Shown here: positions 13,921 to 27,639 of the stretch, piece after piece
How the letters are laid out: each line of letters begins with the position of its first letter
Numbering within the stretch: position 1 is the first letter of the stretch
DNA from: Sminthopsis crassicaudata
Lineage: Eukaryota
Direction of reading: 5' to 3'
Assembly: GCF_048593235.1 (NCBI RefSeq)
Contig: NC_133622.1
Span: 142,972,208-143,036,000 of the forward strand
Length of the DNA stretch: 63,793 bases
The notes under the pieces: generated by a model
The model's input: the letters and a program-made list of their open reading frames with translations, nothing else
Told to the model about the DNA's origin: nothing
Database searches by the model: none
Program-made: the position numbers and the translations under genes

Positions 13921-14816
13921 GAAACCCTTCCAACCATCCTTTTTTTCTTAATTTCCCTATTACCCATCCTCCCACTGATCAATTCTCAGTGGGTATTTAA
14001 GATTTATTAAATGAATGTTGCCAAATGAAATGTCCCAGAATTTCTAGGAAATGAATTTCCAAGAAATAAAAGATGGTGTTTGCCTATGTTCTCTTCCCAT
14101 ATTCTCCTCAGGGAAGTAGCTTCCTAAGATTGACAGGTTTCACTGCTCTCAGAATAAACAGTAGTGTGGTTTATCTTGCTCCATCAATAAGCAGACATTA
14201 TCTTTTTTATTAGTGTGTGTCCAGGATAACTTGGTAACAACCTAAAAGATTAGTATCACATGGTGCAATAGGATTAGAGAGGTAGAGTTCAAGAAGTCTA
14301 GTCCAACCTCATCATTTTATAGATGAGAAAACAGAATCTCAGGGATGTTGTGACTTATTCAAGATCATACAGATAGAGCAACACAGGAAGACTTGGGTTC
14401 AAAAACTGCCTCTAGCATATATTATCAATGTAACTATAGACAAGTCACATTGCTTTTTCTCCATGTTTCATGTAACTCTGTAAGACTATGAGTTGCTGGT
14501 CTACATTGGTGAAGAAAATATTCATACCAGACTTTCCCAAGCTAATGAAATTAAATGTTCAAAAATAAAGTCCATTTTAAAGTTTTAACTTTTAAATATT
14601 TTATTCATTTTATATTTTCACATCTCCTCTATTCTTTTCTATTAAAATCTCCATAGCCAAAATATTGGATCAAGTTAATCTCTGATTATATTTGGGCCTA
14701 ATTAAAGTTAAAACATTTTTAGAATAAAAAGAAATGCCATATGATACATGGTAATTCAACTCAATTCTATTTTTATCATCATATATATGCATTTTGAGTA
14801 GTAGTTTTCTGCATAC

Positions 14817-14818
<2 letters not shown>

Positions 14819-14878
<60 letters not shown>
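14819..14878. repeat. (AT)30 microsatellite
   Basis: Direct reading. Confidence 0.95.
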
Positions 14879-14883
<5 letters not shown>

Positions 14884-15339
14884 ATATATATATATGTATA
14901 TATATATCAGAAATACTTCTGGGGGTTTGTAACAACATTTTTTAAAGACACTTTTTATATATATAATTTAAATGTTTCTTTCCATTTGTATTACTTTTTA
15001 ATCTGAATAACTGAAGCCTTTATTCCTTTCTTTCTACCAGTTATGATCTTCTCTATTCTGTTATATGTCTATTCTCTGTACCTGCATCTACCTCCAGAAT
15101 TGTCATCAAATCTTTCCATTCAGTTAAGATGATAAAGAACAAAGTATGCATTAAATGTCATAGACTAAGGTAAAAAGAAATTTGAAGCATTCTGTCAAGT
15201 CCTGATCATAATGTACATTCCTCAAGGAATGATATATTTACATTAAAGCCTTTATGGCACTCAACACTATTCCATATATTTACAAGTGGCTCAGAGAAGA
15301 CTTGAGAATGATGCTGAGTTGTAATGTTGTAATGACATA

Positions 15340-15480
15340 AGAGCAGAGATCTTAAAAGCTAAAAGAGATCACAGAGGTCATTCATTCCAACTCCCTTATT
15401 TTAGAGATAAAGAAGCTGAGCTTCAAAGTAGTGAGTGACTTAACCAAGCCCACACCAGAAGCATCAGAGCTGGGTTTGAA
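15340..15480 (-). mobile_element. MIR relic
   Basis: gaggtcattcattccaactcccttattttagagataaagaagctgag...gtgacttaaccaag...gggtttgaa. Confidence 0.6.
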
Positions 15481-18400
15481 TTAAAGTAAGCTTTAAAGTA
15501 AGATTGTAAGCTACACCCAATATTTTTAATTTTACCAATAATGAAAACATTTTATTCTATTGTCAATTATTTCCTTCTGTTAGCTAGTCAATGGCTTAAG
15601 CCAGTTTGTTCAATTTTTACTTTTGATTTCATTTCATTTCTTGACTTTAAAAAATATATGCTTCCTCTTAGTAATTAGAGTTCTTTCCTCTGGGCTTAAT
15701 GCAGATTGATATAGTTAATAAGGCCTGCTTTCAGCTTTTAGTTAGCCATCTCTTTTCTCAAATCTTTGATATTTGAATTAGACTGTCAGTAAATATTCTT
15801 TCTTTGGTAACATTTGGCCTCCAATCTTTATGATGTCTTTAAAAACTGGTTATGGTTACTACTACCACAGGGTACTTTGCAATCATAAAAGAGACAATGG
15901 TTGAAAATGAAATATGAACAACTTATATGATAAGATTATAGAAAAAGGTATGCAAAGAAAATATAATTCCATGCATCTACATGTATTTTTTTAGAGCAGA
16001 TGATTCCAAGATCATTATCTTTTATTTCTAATTTCTGAATAATGTTTTCTCGAGCATTTAAAAACACAAAACAAATAATTATCTTGTTAGGATATTCTGG
16101 TAAACAGTTAACTCTTTCAGGACCATTACCAACCAGATTACAGCTACCAAGACTGTCAACAAGAAAAAAAAAAGAATATCTCTAGCATGAATTAAAAAGG
16201 CCATAGATGCCAAATAGATTAAAGATTGGTAAAGCTCTTTTTTTTTCATTCTAACTGTGGTTTGGGTTCCTGTGGGCAGGGTGGGGGTGGAGTATCATCC
16301 CATGGGAAAACAACTGATTCTTGAGTCAAGGGTCTTGGTTTCAAAGCTTTGCCGATATTTATTCACATGGTCTTAGCAAGCTATTCATTTTTCTTTCTTA
16401 GGCTATGGTTTCTCAATTATAAATATGGGAATAGACTAGATACCCTCTCAGATTCCTTACAGTTCTATGTCTGTGATTCCAAATAACTACTTGCTCAGAA
16501 TAACATTTTGCTTATAATACAATTTAAAATTATCAGTTTTTTCTTGATGAGAGAGACAGAGACAGATAGATAGACATAAATAGAGAGATATAGGTTAGCA
16601 AGGAGAACAAACAGTGGACAGTCTGACCTCTGGATCCATATTGATTATTTGACCCTTTGCAAGTCAGTGCTCTAGGTATCTTTCTATCATTTCTAAGACT
16701 CTTAAGTTTTAGAGAATATACTAGTGAGTACATGCATTGGTACAGATACCTCATCTTAGAGCTACCTCTATCACTGAAATAAAAATTCCAATGTTCCTAC
16801 CTTAGACACCTGCTATTTATGTGCTATACACAATATGGAAATAATCCATTAGGTTTGGGAACCTAGGTAAACTGGAAGGATGTCTTTTTACTGGTATCTT
16901 TTTCCCATTAATAGGGAAGTTCAGAAGGATATTTTTGGAAGGGAAAATAATAAGTGATCTGTAATTCATATTGCAACCCATCAAGCAGCATACATGCTTA
17001 CTCAGCTTACATGACTCATTCTATCCCTTTGAAATGAAAAGAGTTTGGGGGTTGATAATATCAGTCACTATCATAGAAGGCATAGGTAGCCAAGGAATAC
17101 AGACAGAACAGTCACTTCAAGTGAGCAATACTCAGGGGTTATTCCTATCTTTCATTACCTTGATGGGCTGCCAGACCCAATGATCCATCTAGATGAATAT
17201 GTGGCAATTAAACTTTCAATTTACTAGTTATTCCAAAGTTAGGTGCCATACTAATGTTACAATATCACCTATGAGAAAATGAATTTTTGGGGGGTTAAGA
17301 AAGGATGCTGATTATATATTCTCATTTTAGTCTTCTCATATAAGATGCCATAAAAGTGCCTTAAGAAAGCAAAGGCCATTTGTAGAGCAAAGCAGAGGAA
17401 GTTTATGACAGAGCTCCTAAACTGCTGAAATCACAGGTATGTGTGCATGTGTGGGTGTATGTGTGAGACAGACAGAGACATTGAGATACAGAAACAGACA
17501 GAGACAGAGAGACAAAAAGACAGAGAAAACACATAGAAATGTTCTTTGAAAGGCCAACCTGTAAATTTAACCAAAGCTTACCTTTTGTAAAATTCACTTA
17601 AGTGCAGTTTACATTAAAAAAAAAAAAACTTAATTGAGATGCAAAAAAGAAAAGAAAAAGCAGAGGCAGTTCTAGAAGAAAAAGCTCCTGTCTTGTTATA
17701 GAACTACATGGAACTGGCCATAATTTTTAAATGATAGCTCCAGGTTTTTCTTTCACAGCATCTGTTTTCTACAAACAACCTGTCAAGTTAATGGGAAGAT
17801 ATTGCTAAATACCTTAGCTCTCTATATAAATTTTAGAGCATGTACAGGTGTTCTTTCTTCTTGGACTGCCCCTTACTCTGCAGCCTAGTTGGATACATCT
17901 ATTCCACAAAGTGATGTGCATTCTGCCTCTCATTTTTTTCTCTATTACGAGCGGCTGCAAGTGTACAAGGTTGTCAATGACAAGGTGAAAATGAGGTTAC
18001 TAATGACATCACACTAGTGCTTAGAGCAAAAGTTAAATGTGCAAATGTAAGGATTACTCGCATTTATATGAAGGGACAGATGGAGTGAATACTAAACTTG
18101 GAGTCATCATTGTAAGCCTTAAAAGCGACTCTCTCCTAACATGCTTACTAGCTAGGGGAGCACTTGACCCTTTGTGAAGCTAAATTTTTCTCCAAAGTTA
18201 TTCTCAAAAAATGAGTAAAATAGTACCTTTTTCCCAGAACTTTTTTTTTAACTCCCAAATTATGATTTTTCTCCTTATAGGAAATTATTAGTGGGGAAAC
18301 TCTCTGGACTAATGCTGTTTTAGTGCTTAGAGAGTTACCTGGCTACTGAGATGTTATATGGCTTGGCCTTTATATAGAACCCAGGCCTTTCATCCATCTT

Positions 18401-19388
18401 GTCAGTGCATCTGCCTCTCCTGAGTAGCTGTAGGCAACAAATGACATAATGTCTTTAAAAGCACTCTTTGTTGTTACTATTGTGGTATTATTGGAGATGA
18501 CAGTCTGGTTGAAATTCTGGAGGAAGGTCGGATATATTAGGGCTGGCGCTCATAACCTGACTGTCAGGTGCAGAGCAGAAGGCCTGGCTTAGGAAAAATA
18601 GTTACATATTGAATATTACATATAAAATACAATATCCGTAGGGGCAAATTTCCCTTATCGGTAGCAGGGACATTGTACATGTGTTTTAATTTACAGAGTC
18701 CTCAAAGATTAATTTGCCTCTTGATGCCGTGACAAAAGTGAATTCACATCCATGGGTGAATAGTTTTCTAATTCCACGTGATTACCTGAGAGCACAGAAT
18801 ACAAGATCCTTAGATATATACAATAGTAATCATAGTAAAAGTTCAAATTTATATAGTACTTTTCAGTTTACAAAGCAATTTCAACAATAAACGGTCCAAT
18901 AAAATTGTTTCTGTGGCAGGGATTTTCTGCTATGAATCTCTTCAAATAACCCCAAAGAAGTCAGGCAACCCTTCCTCATTTCTCTGCTTTGCACAAAGCT
19001 CCTTGTGGAGCTGTGGAAAGTGCATTTTTAAGGTGACCACAATGGAATCCACTGCAATATCAGCAGGAAGCCCAGGCAGTACTCACAAGACAACCCAATT
19101 CGATAGCCTACTGTTACCTTGCTTTCCTGACCTCCTGCTCAAAGCAAATCCTTGGGCCTCTGCTCTGTCCACTGAAAGACTTCTCTAGTTCTATTTAGGA
19201 GTAATAAGTCATCAGTGTTACCTCAGCAAATAACTTCTCCAGGACTAACGGTTCCCCTCCTTTGTTTGAAAGTAGGTTTGTAGTGTGAATTAAAAAGGGG
19301 CAATAATCCCTTAATAATCCCCTAATTTAAAAAAGGCAATAATTTTGTCAGCACACTTTGTTCAGCAGTTACTCAAATGCAAACGGCC

Positions 19389-19502
19389 TTTTTTTTTTTT
19401 TTTTTTTTTTTTTGCGCTTTTTCTTTCTGATTTTCTTTGCTTTCTTAATATATTGTACTTGCTGCTATTGCTGGTGAAAGTGTGTGTGTGTGTGTGTGTG
19501 TG
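19389..19502. repeat. T25 tract and (TG)11 tract
   Basis: Poly-T 19389-19413; (TG)n 19481-19502. Confidence 0.9.
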
Positions 19503-20039
19503 AGAGAGCTCGGGTCATGTCTTAGTGCAATTTTTTCAAGAGATTCACAAGGCAGCTGACAATGAAAATAATAATCACAATTATAATTCTAGGTTTGTGG
19601 GATTTGTTTTCTTGGAAAGAACTATGAAAGATTGTTATGCTTGCTGCCTGGAAAGTTTTAAAAATAGTGTATTTCTAAGAAGTATCAAGGCTAATAAGCA
19701 GGATAGCTTTCCATTTCATGGCCTCTTTTCATTAGTTTTATTCAGCTCATACACAGTCCTATGTTATTCACATAGAAGAGGCACTGTGTTGTAGTGACGT
19801 GGGATGGGGAGAGAAAGGCAAAAAAAAAAAAAAAAAAAAAGAAAGAGGGAGGAGGTGGAGAAGAAAGGAAAGGCAGAGCAAAAGAGAGAGAGGGATAAAG
19901 AGGAGAGAGAGATGCATAGATAAGAGATACTTAGGTAAAACTAGTACATTTATTAAGTGCAAGAAAGCAAGAAGCAAGAAAGACAGTCCCTATAGTCAAG
20001 AAGCTTCCATTCTGAGAAAAACAACACTGAAAATAGCGG

Positions 20040-20175
20040 GTTGTGGACTATTCAGAAGGCTCAAATCCTTGCTATGTGATCTTAGACAAGTGAGTCAGTC
20101 TCTTTTACGCTGCAATTTCCTCATTTATAAAATGAGGGAATTGGATAAGATGATTTCTTAAGTCTCTGTCAGCAC
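20040..20175 (+). mobile_element. MIR relic
   Basis: ggctcaaatccttgctatgtgatcttagacaagtgagtc...tttcctcatttataaaatgagggaattgga. Confidence 0.65.
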
Positions 20176-20233
20176 TAATGTTTTCATTTCCACATTCTGA
20201 CTCATTGCCAACAGAATATAATAACCCTCTTAA

Positions 20234-20472
20234 TGCAATATCTCAATTTCCCTGAATTGTTCTGCCTGGTTGCAATATCCCCCCTTCTAATCATCATGAT
20301 CCAGATAAGGAGAAAAGCCTTCTATTTTAGACATCATGATCCCCAGACCTTCCCTACTTATCAGAATGTTTGATGCCTCCCCCAATCCTGTCAGAACTGG
20401 ATTGATAAGCCCTTCCCATTCTCAGTGCTCTGACTTCGCCCCTGCCTCAGTTTACCCTGGTCACTTGGAGCC

Positions 20473-20533
<61 letters not shown>

Positions 20534-20711
20534 TGTGTATACTTCATGGGAAGCACGCTTTAGCTGCTGGATGCTGGATTCTTGGAGACAATAGTCTCAT
20601 TCAGCCTTGGGACCAAACCATAGATCCATTTGGTCCCAGTAAATCTCTCTATTTCAAATAAAATATTAAAACTCTCGAATCTCTATATTGCCTCAGTTCT
20701 CCGGCATTATA
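20234..20711 (+). mobile_element. Solo ERV LTR, family A, with internal (TG)n
   Basis: Starts TG; aataaa about 55 nt before the end gcctcagttctccggcattata; clearly homologous to 38342-38948; no TSD found. Confidence 0.75.
20476..20538. repeat. (TG)n about 31 units inside the LTR
   Basis: Direct reading, one TA interruption. Confidence 0.9.
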
Positions 20712-21043
20712 AACTTTCTGTTCTCTAAACCATACTGCTTCTTCAAGAAGTCTTTATTTGGATCTTTTCATTGGTTTTAAGATTTTTCCCCTATCAAAAC
20801 TATAAATATTCCTATTTGATCATTTTCTTTTCTCTGGTAAACACTCTATTCTAATTAATAATGTAATTTTTAGTCTCTTTTAGTCAAGTTTCATGGGTGA
20901 TGAATAACAAACATCTTAAGGAACTGATATTCTTCCCTCCCTTTCCCTCTGTCCAAATAGTACCCTTTATCTGCAAGTGGTCTGCTCAAAGGATTATAAA
21001 TATTGATTCCTGAAAGTTCCTAAGATATCTTGGGGTTTACTGG

Positions 21044-22346
21044 CTAAATTTCTTTCTTTCTTTTTTTTTAATTAAATATTTTTTTAATTTTCAAAACATA
21101 TGAATAGTTTTCAGCATTCACCTTTGCAAAACCTTGTGTTCCAAAACTGTTTCTGCCACCCCCTCCCCTAGACAGTAATTCAATATAAGTTAAATGTGCA
21201 ATTCTTTTATACATATTTCCACAATTATCATGCTGCACAAGAATAATCAGATCAAAAACGAAAAAAAAAAACTAAGAAAACAAAATGCAAGCAAACAACA
21301 AAAAAAAAGAGGTAAAAATGTGTGGACCACACTCAGTCCCCATAGTCCTCTCTCTGGGTTTAGATGACTCTCCTCATCACAAGACATTGGAACTGGACTG
21401 ACTCATCTCATAGTTGAAAAGATCCACGTACAGAAGAATTGATAATTGTATAATCTTGCTGTTGCTGTGTACAATGTTCTCCTAGTTCTATTCACTTTAC
21501 TTATCATCAGTTTATATAAGACTTTCCAGGCATCTCTAAAAATCATCCTGCTGATTGCTTCTTATAGAACAATAATATTCAAAACATTCATATACTATAA
21601 CTTATTCAGCCATTCTTCGACTGATGAGTTTCCACTCAGTTTCCAATTCCTTACCACCATTAAAAGAGCTGCCGCAAACATTTTTACACATGTAAGTCCT
21701 TTTGCTTTTTTTATGATTTCTTTGGTATAGATGCCTAGTAGAGACACTGTTGAATTAAAGGATATGCACAGTTTGATACTCCTTTGGGCATAGTTTCATA
21801 TTGCTCTCCAAAAGGGAGAATGAATTTACAATTCCACTAATAATGTATTAATGTTCCAGTTTTTCCACATTTCCTCCAAAATTCATATTTATCTTTTCTT
21901 ATCATCTTAGCTGAGACTTGTGTAGTGATATCTCAGTTGTCTTAATTTGCATTGCTATGATCAATAGTGATTTAGAGTATTTCTTCATATGACTAGAAAT
22001 GGTTTTAATTTCTTCATCTGAGGATGTATTCTGATGGAAGTGGAAATCTTCAACATAAAGAAGATCCAACTCACTTCCAGTTGATCAATGATGGACAGAG
22101 GTAGCTACACCCAGAGAAGAAACACTGGGAAGTGAATGTAAATTGTTAGCACTAATATCTGTCTGCCCAGGTTGCATGTACCTTCGGATTCTAATGTTTA
22201 TTGTGCAACAAGAAAATGATATTCACACACATGTATTGTACCTAGACTATATTGTAACACATGTAAACTGTATGGTATTGCCTGTCATCGGGGGGAGGGA
22301 ATAGAGGGAGGGGGGGTAATTTGGAAAAATGAATACAAGGGATAAT

Positions 22347-22377
<31 letters not shown>

Positions 22378-23531
22378 ATAAAAAAAAGAAAGAAAAAAAA
22401 TTTCTTCATCTGAAAACAGTCTGTTCATATCCTTTGACCATTTATCAATTGGAGAATGGCTTGAATTCTTATAAATTTGACTAAATTCTCTCCATATTTT
22501 AGAAATAAGGCCTTTATCAGAACCTTTGGATATAAAAAAAATTCCCAGTTTATTGCTTCCCTTGTAATCTTGTCTGCAATGGTTTTATTTGTACAAAACA
22601 TTTTTAATATCCCCCAAAATTATCCATTTTGCACTCTACAACATACTCTAGTTCTTTTTTGGCCACAAATTCCTTCCTGTTACACAGATCTGAGATGTAG
22701 ACTATCCTTTGTTCTCCTAATTTCCTTATAGTATCATTCTTTATGTCTAAATCATGAACCCATTTCGATTTTATCTTGATATAGGATATTAGGTGTGGGT
22801 GAATGCCTAGTTTCTGCCATACTAATTTCCAACTTTCCCAACGATTTTTTGTTAAATAATGAGTTCTTATCCCAGAAGTCAGAATCTTTGGGTTTATCAA
22901 ACACTAGATTACTATAGTCATTAACTATTGTGTCTTCCGAACCTAACCTATTCCAATGCTAGGCCACCTTCATTTGCATTTTTTCCATTAATTCCCTTCA
23001 AATTCTTGACCTGTTGTCCTTCCAGATAAGCATTGTTGTTATTTTTTCTATCTCTATAAAATAATTTCTAGGGAGTTTGAGGAGCATGGCACTGAATAAG
23101 TAGTATTATCATTTTTATTATATTAGCTCAGCCTATCCATGAGCATTTGATATTTTTCCAATTGATGAGAAGATCTTATCAGTCAGAGACTTTATTTGTG
23201 TGGAAAGTGTCTTGTAATTGTGTTCATATAGTTCCTGACTTTGCTTTGGCAGGTAAACTCCCAAATATTTTATATTATCTACAGTTATTTTAAATGGAAT
23301 TTCTCTTTGTATCTCTTGCTGCTGGACTTTATTGGCAACATATAAAATGCTGATGATTTATGTGAATGTATTTTGTATCCTGCAAATTTGCTAAAGTTGT
23401 GAGTTGTTTTTAGTAATTTTAATTGATTCTCTAGGATTCTCTAAGTATACCATCATATCATCTGCAAAAAAATGATAATTTGGTTTCCTCATTACCTACT
23501 TTAATTCCTTTAATTTCTAAATTTCTTTCTT
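21044..23531 (-). mobile_element. 5'-truncated L1 (distal ORF2 plus 3' UTR), degraded, 15-bp TSD
   Basis: TSD ctaaatttctttctt at 21044-21058 and 23517-23531; TT|AAGA endonuclease site on minus strand; 5' end lies just before the ..ADDMMVYLENP RT motif; ORF2-like ORF at 22604-22900. Confidence 0.92.
22022..22398 (+). mobile_element. Younger 5'-truncated L1 3' end nested in the older L1, 15-bp TSD
   Basis: TSD aatttcttcatctga at 22007-22021 and 22399-22413; G-rich tract, (TA)n and A-rich tail. Confidence 0.9.
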
Positions 23532-23819
23532 AAGGAACATTAACAATTAAAAATGCCTTAAGTCCATATCACTCTAGCTTTTATTGATTGGCCAATAATA
23601 GCTCCAAACCAAGCTCCAATTGGTCATTGTTGGGCCCCTGGAATTGGCTCTGAGTGAATGTAAATGGAATTTTTTTTCTTTTTGACCAGAAACTCTGAGG
23701 GTCTTTCCTTCCCAGATTTTTACACATATATGTACATATATACATAGACATATACATACATATATATATATATGTGGGGGGTGTATATATTATATGTATG
23801 TGTGTATGTCTGTGTATGA

Positions 23820-23960
23820 AAATCACTGAATGGGCATTGTCTCATAAACTGAGACATGTTAAAGACCTTAGTTTAAAAAAATCACTGCATCTAGAGCCAT
23901 CTTCAGTCATCCTGATCTATAACTTGCCATCAAGGCAAGAGAAGAGACAAAAGTGAGACT
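23820..23960 (+). mobile_element. Fragment of marsupial RTE-tailed SINE-like repeat (family unassigned)
   Basis: tcactgaatgggcattg...aaactgagac...agaccttagttt...ctgcatctagagccatc is reverse-complement-similar to 34.9-35.1 kb. Confidence 0.55.
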
Positions 23961-24319
23961 AGTGATTTTGCATAGCTTTTCTTCAGTTAAATCTAATTCA
24001 TTTGCTTGTAATGGCATCAACTTCCTATGTCATGATTCTCTTCAAAAACAAGGGACAAAAAATAGCAATAGTAATCTTTAAAATGCAACACATTGTAGAA
24101 AGCAAATTGAGGATGCTGAGCAAGTATACAATATCTACAATTCAATTTTTAAAATGGTCAGTGTAGCAGTCTATGAATTGCATTTATTTTTATTTTCACT
24201 TGGATAATAGTGTTTATATTTACAAACACACAGCCTCAGGCCTCTGTTTGACTACATAATTGCCCAATCATTTTCACCCAAAGAAACAAGAATATGATTT
24301 TTTGGGGGAATGGCTAGAA

Positions 24320-24520
24320 ATAGGCAACTGGCACAGTGATTAACAGTCAGCCTAAAAGCAAGCAAGATTAGTTCAAGCCTTGCCTCTGACACATCTTGAC
24401 TGTGTGGCCCTGGCCAAATAACAACCCCTAATTGCTCTAGACAACTCTCTATGATTATAAGTTACAGAAGAGATGAGACCTATATTGGCTGAGAAAGTTC
24501 CCTTCTCTGGAAACTCATCA
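24320..24520 (+). mobile_element. Marsupial CORE-SINE (MIR-related)
   Basis: gttcaagccttgcctctgacacatc...gctctagacaactctctatgattataagttacaga. Confidence 0.55.
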
Positions 24521-24959
24521 CTTTAAAAAAAAAATCAAATCAGAGGTCTAGACGCTATCCCTATGAAAATATGTTATGCCAAGGGACTATGATTTCATTG
24601 GCATGAGAACACATAACATCCATATTTCATACTCTGAGCATTTTCTGAGACTCAGATTTGTTAAATGAATTACACATGGCCATTCAGCTAGTTCAATGCC
24701 AGAGGAAGGAACTGAACTCCTATAACTACTACCTCCACCCTCTTTCACATATACACATATGTACACAAAACTCCAATTGCTCTCATTTATCTACAGAATT
24801 AAATACTCTGTTCAGCATTTAATTTCTTTACCACATTCCCCCCACATTTCAAATACAATAACACTTTTATTCATTTCTACATCTTCCATTATTCGGTGAA
24901 ACAGATCTCTCAGAGGATTTCATTTTCTACCGCTATTTTTTTTTTAACTGATTGTCAAC

Positions 24960-25240
24960 TTTACCTGGAATTCTGTCCCTCCTTACTACTACCTTTTAGT
25001 TTCCATGGCTTCCTTCCAGGTTCCAATCAGATCTGACCTTATGAAGGAGGCTTTTTTTAATTCCCCCCAGGGACTTGTCCCTTCTCTGAAATTACATTTT
25101 ATCTGCTCTGTATAGACTACTTTCTAGCTGATATGTATCTGGTCATTTACATGTTGTTTTCTGAACTTTTTGAGAAAAGTATTGTTCTCACCTATCCCAA
25201 GTGCTTAGCATAGTGCTATCTGGCATATAATAATAATTCA
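24960..25240 (+). mobile_element. LINE-2 3' end
   Basis: ccttccaggttccaatc...atgaaggagg...cccaagtgcttagcatagtg. Confidence 0.55.
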
Positions 25241-25734
25241 TGTTCTTGAAAATAATTATCTTTATCACTGTAGTTAATTTCATCTGCTATACTTAATATT
25301 CCACTCGTTCTGTGTAAAGAAACAACACACACTTGTTTCAGATAACCAAGCTATGAATAAATTAAATCATTTGTTTAACCATCATCTTTAATGCAGTTAC
25401 CTTTAGTAATAAGAATACCTATATATTAAGTTAAAAACAGTATACAGTAAAAATGCTCAATTGAAAATACATTTAAACTTTATGGGGAAACAACATATTA
25501 ACAACCAGATATATGGAAGATAGAAAGTAGTATCTCTCATAGATTAAAAGATTGTAACAAAAACTGCCCCTTCTTAAGCATTTTAATAAACTGATGCTTT
25601 GGAGAGGGAAAAAAAAAATGACCATAGCTCAGACAAGAGAAAAGAGGATATGGACAACATTCAATCTTTTGGTGTATATTTTGTGACATTTATACCATAA
25701 AATCATTATAAATGAAATATTTTGTTTGTTTTTC

Positions 25735-25948
25735 TCTATTTCTTTTTTAAAAATTAATTTTATTTTTAATTTATGAAATAAAACAAGTATTTCATAATCT
25801 AGGATAATAAAAAAATGGACACAAAATTATAAATCTACAATGTACAATTTGTTATTCCTTTTAAGTATATAATAAAGTTATCATATAAATTAATTTTTTT
25901 CTTTTTTCCCCATACCCCTAGGGATGGCAATTAAGCACAGATGTTATA

Positions 25949-26029
<81 letters not shown>

Positions 26030-26090
26030 TATTCTATACATACTTCTATTTATTTGTTCATTCTCTGGATTCAGATTGCATTTTTTTAAT
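25735..26090 (-). mobile_element. Old L1 extreme 3' end containing an inverted microsatellite
   Basis: tttatgaaataaaacaagtatttccata-like start...ctacaatgtacaatttgttattcctttt. Confidence 0.55.
25960..26024. repeat. (AC)16-A-(GT)16 perfect palindrome
   Basis: 25960-25991 is the exact reverse complement of 25993-26024. Confidence 0.92.
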
Positions 26091-27639
26091 ATGCCCTTTA
26101 TAGTAAATTTGGGTGTTTATAAGTGAAAACAACTAATTCACTTAAAGTTATATTTTATATAAAGGGAAAACAATTTAAATATATTCTATATGTATCAGAG
26201 AATGCCTTCCCTCTGCATCCTACTTACTTTAAATGGAACATAAAGTTGGGATCTAAATGAAGAGAATATATGCATCTAAGCTCCAAACTTTCATCATTTA
26301 GTTGAGAAAGTTTCCCTGGTAACCATATAGAAATTGGCAAATAGCAAGAAATTCTGTAGATTCTTGTTAGGAAGTGAGAAGTACATAATATGGTCTTGAA
26401 TTATTAGTTATTTCATTCCCTCTAGTCTTTCACATTTTAATTTTAGGATTGACTTTTTAATTTAATTCAGCTATTTACAAACAGGTAAGAGTTTTGGTTT
26501 TGTTGTTGTTGTTGTTGTTTTTGTTTTTCTATTTACTATAAGACTTTTCAGCATTCAAAACTACAAATGACAGTAACTGGTCAATTTCCCCCCCTTTAGT
26601 TAACATTGGCTTAATCAATGAAACAATCTTTAGTCTCTATCAGTTGATCCATGAAAAAAATTGTTATAGAAATAATTAAATATTCCACAGCATTAGAATA
26701 TTAGCCATGCGGGTACAAAATTTATTTCTGTAATGTGACATCAAATGAGATATATGAAAAGTGTTGCAAACTATGATGTGCTATTCTTGTCATTAAAAAA
26801 CAGAAGTCTGATCTGGGAGTTTGTTTTTGATGTCTTTCCAAATGATTAAAAAACAAACCTAAAATAAACATAGTTAAGTGTCATTTTGTAACCTTACATC
26901 CCATGTTGCAAATTTCTTTGGGGTCAAAAGTAATTTCTGTGTATTTTGAGAGAGTCTGTAATATGAAAATGGTCACATTTAAAAGACCATATTTCTACAT
27001 TTTTAGGGGTTTAATTTCAGCTCTCTTGGGCAATGTGAATCATAGAAACCTATAATATAGCTACATAATTGATCCGGAGAAATAGATGCACATACTAGGC
27101 ATCTTACTGATCTCAATAGGAATTCAGCACACAAATTAAGAGTAGCACATGCTCCTTAGTGGTTAATATAACATTTACAAAAGCTCTCTGTTAAGTGTAG
27201 TAGTATGGAGAAATCTGAGTACCATCTGGAAGTAATTTAAATCACAGTCTCAGAAGGAACAGAAGAGTTGTTACTATAAAAGTGTTTGGAAATTTTTACC
27301 TTCAGTTTCAACTTCAGATATTATGAAGTTTTCACTGTTCAATAAGGATGAACACATTTCCCATTTATTTTAATATATTTAAAGAGAATAGTAGAATCTA
27401 TGAAAATTGATGTCTTTGAAAGGACAAAGTTGAACCTGATAATCAGATCAAGGGCTTATGAATGTATTTTTTCTTCAATTATTTTTTTTCATATTTTATA
27501 TTATAATTCATTGATTATTTTTGAAGATAAGTATGATCTGTGCCTTTGGATTTGAAGTTTATTATTCATTCATAAAACACTTATTGAGTACCAAATTATA
27601 TGTAAAGTACTATTTTAGGCACTGTGGGGAATTCTACCC

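Noticed and set aside
14670-15006. YIYI, CVCV, THTH and K/R/E-rich ORFs (also 19799-20161, 20336-20661, 25941-26126, 46924-47139)
   Set aside because: Translations of microsatellites and polypurine tracts.
17582-17596. Putative minus-strand micro-exons (15 nt here; 11 nt at 31870-31880)
   Set aside because: Good donors but weak or atypical acceptors; such pairs arise by chance in AT-rich DNA.
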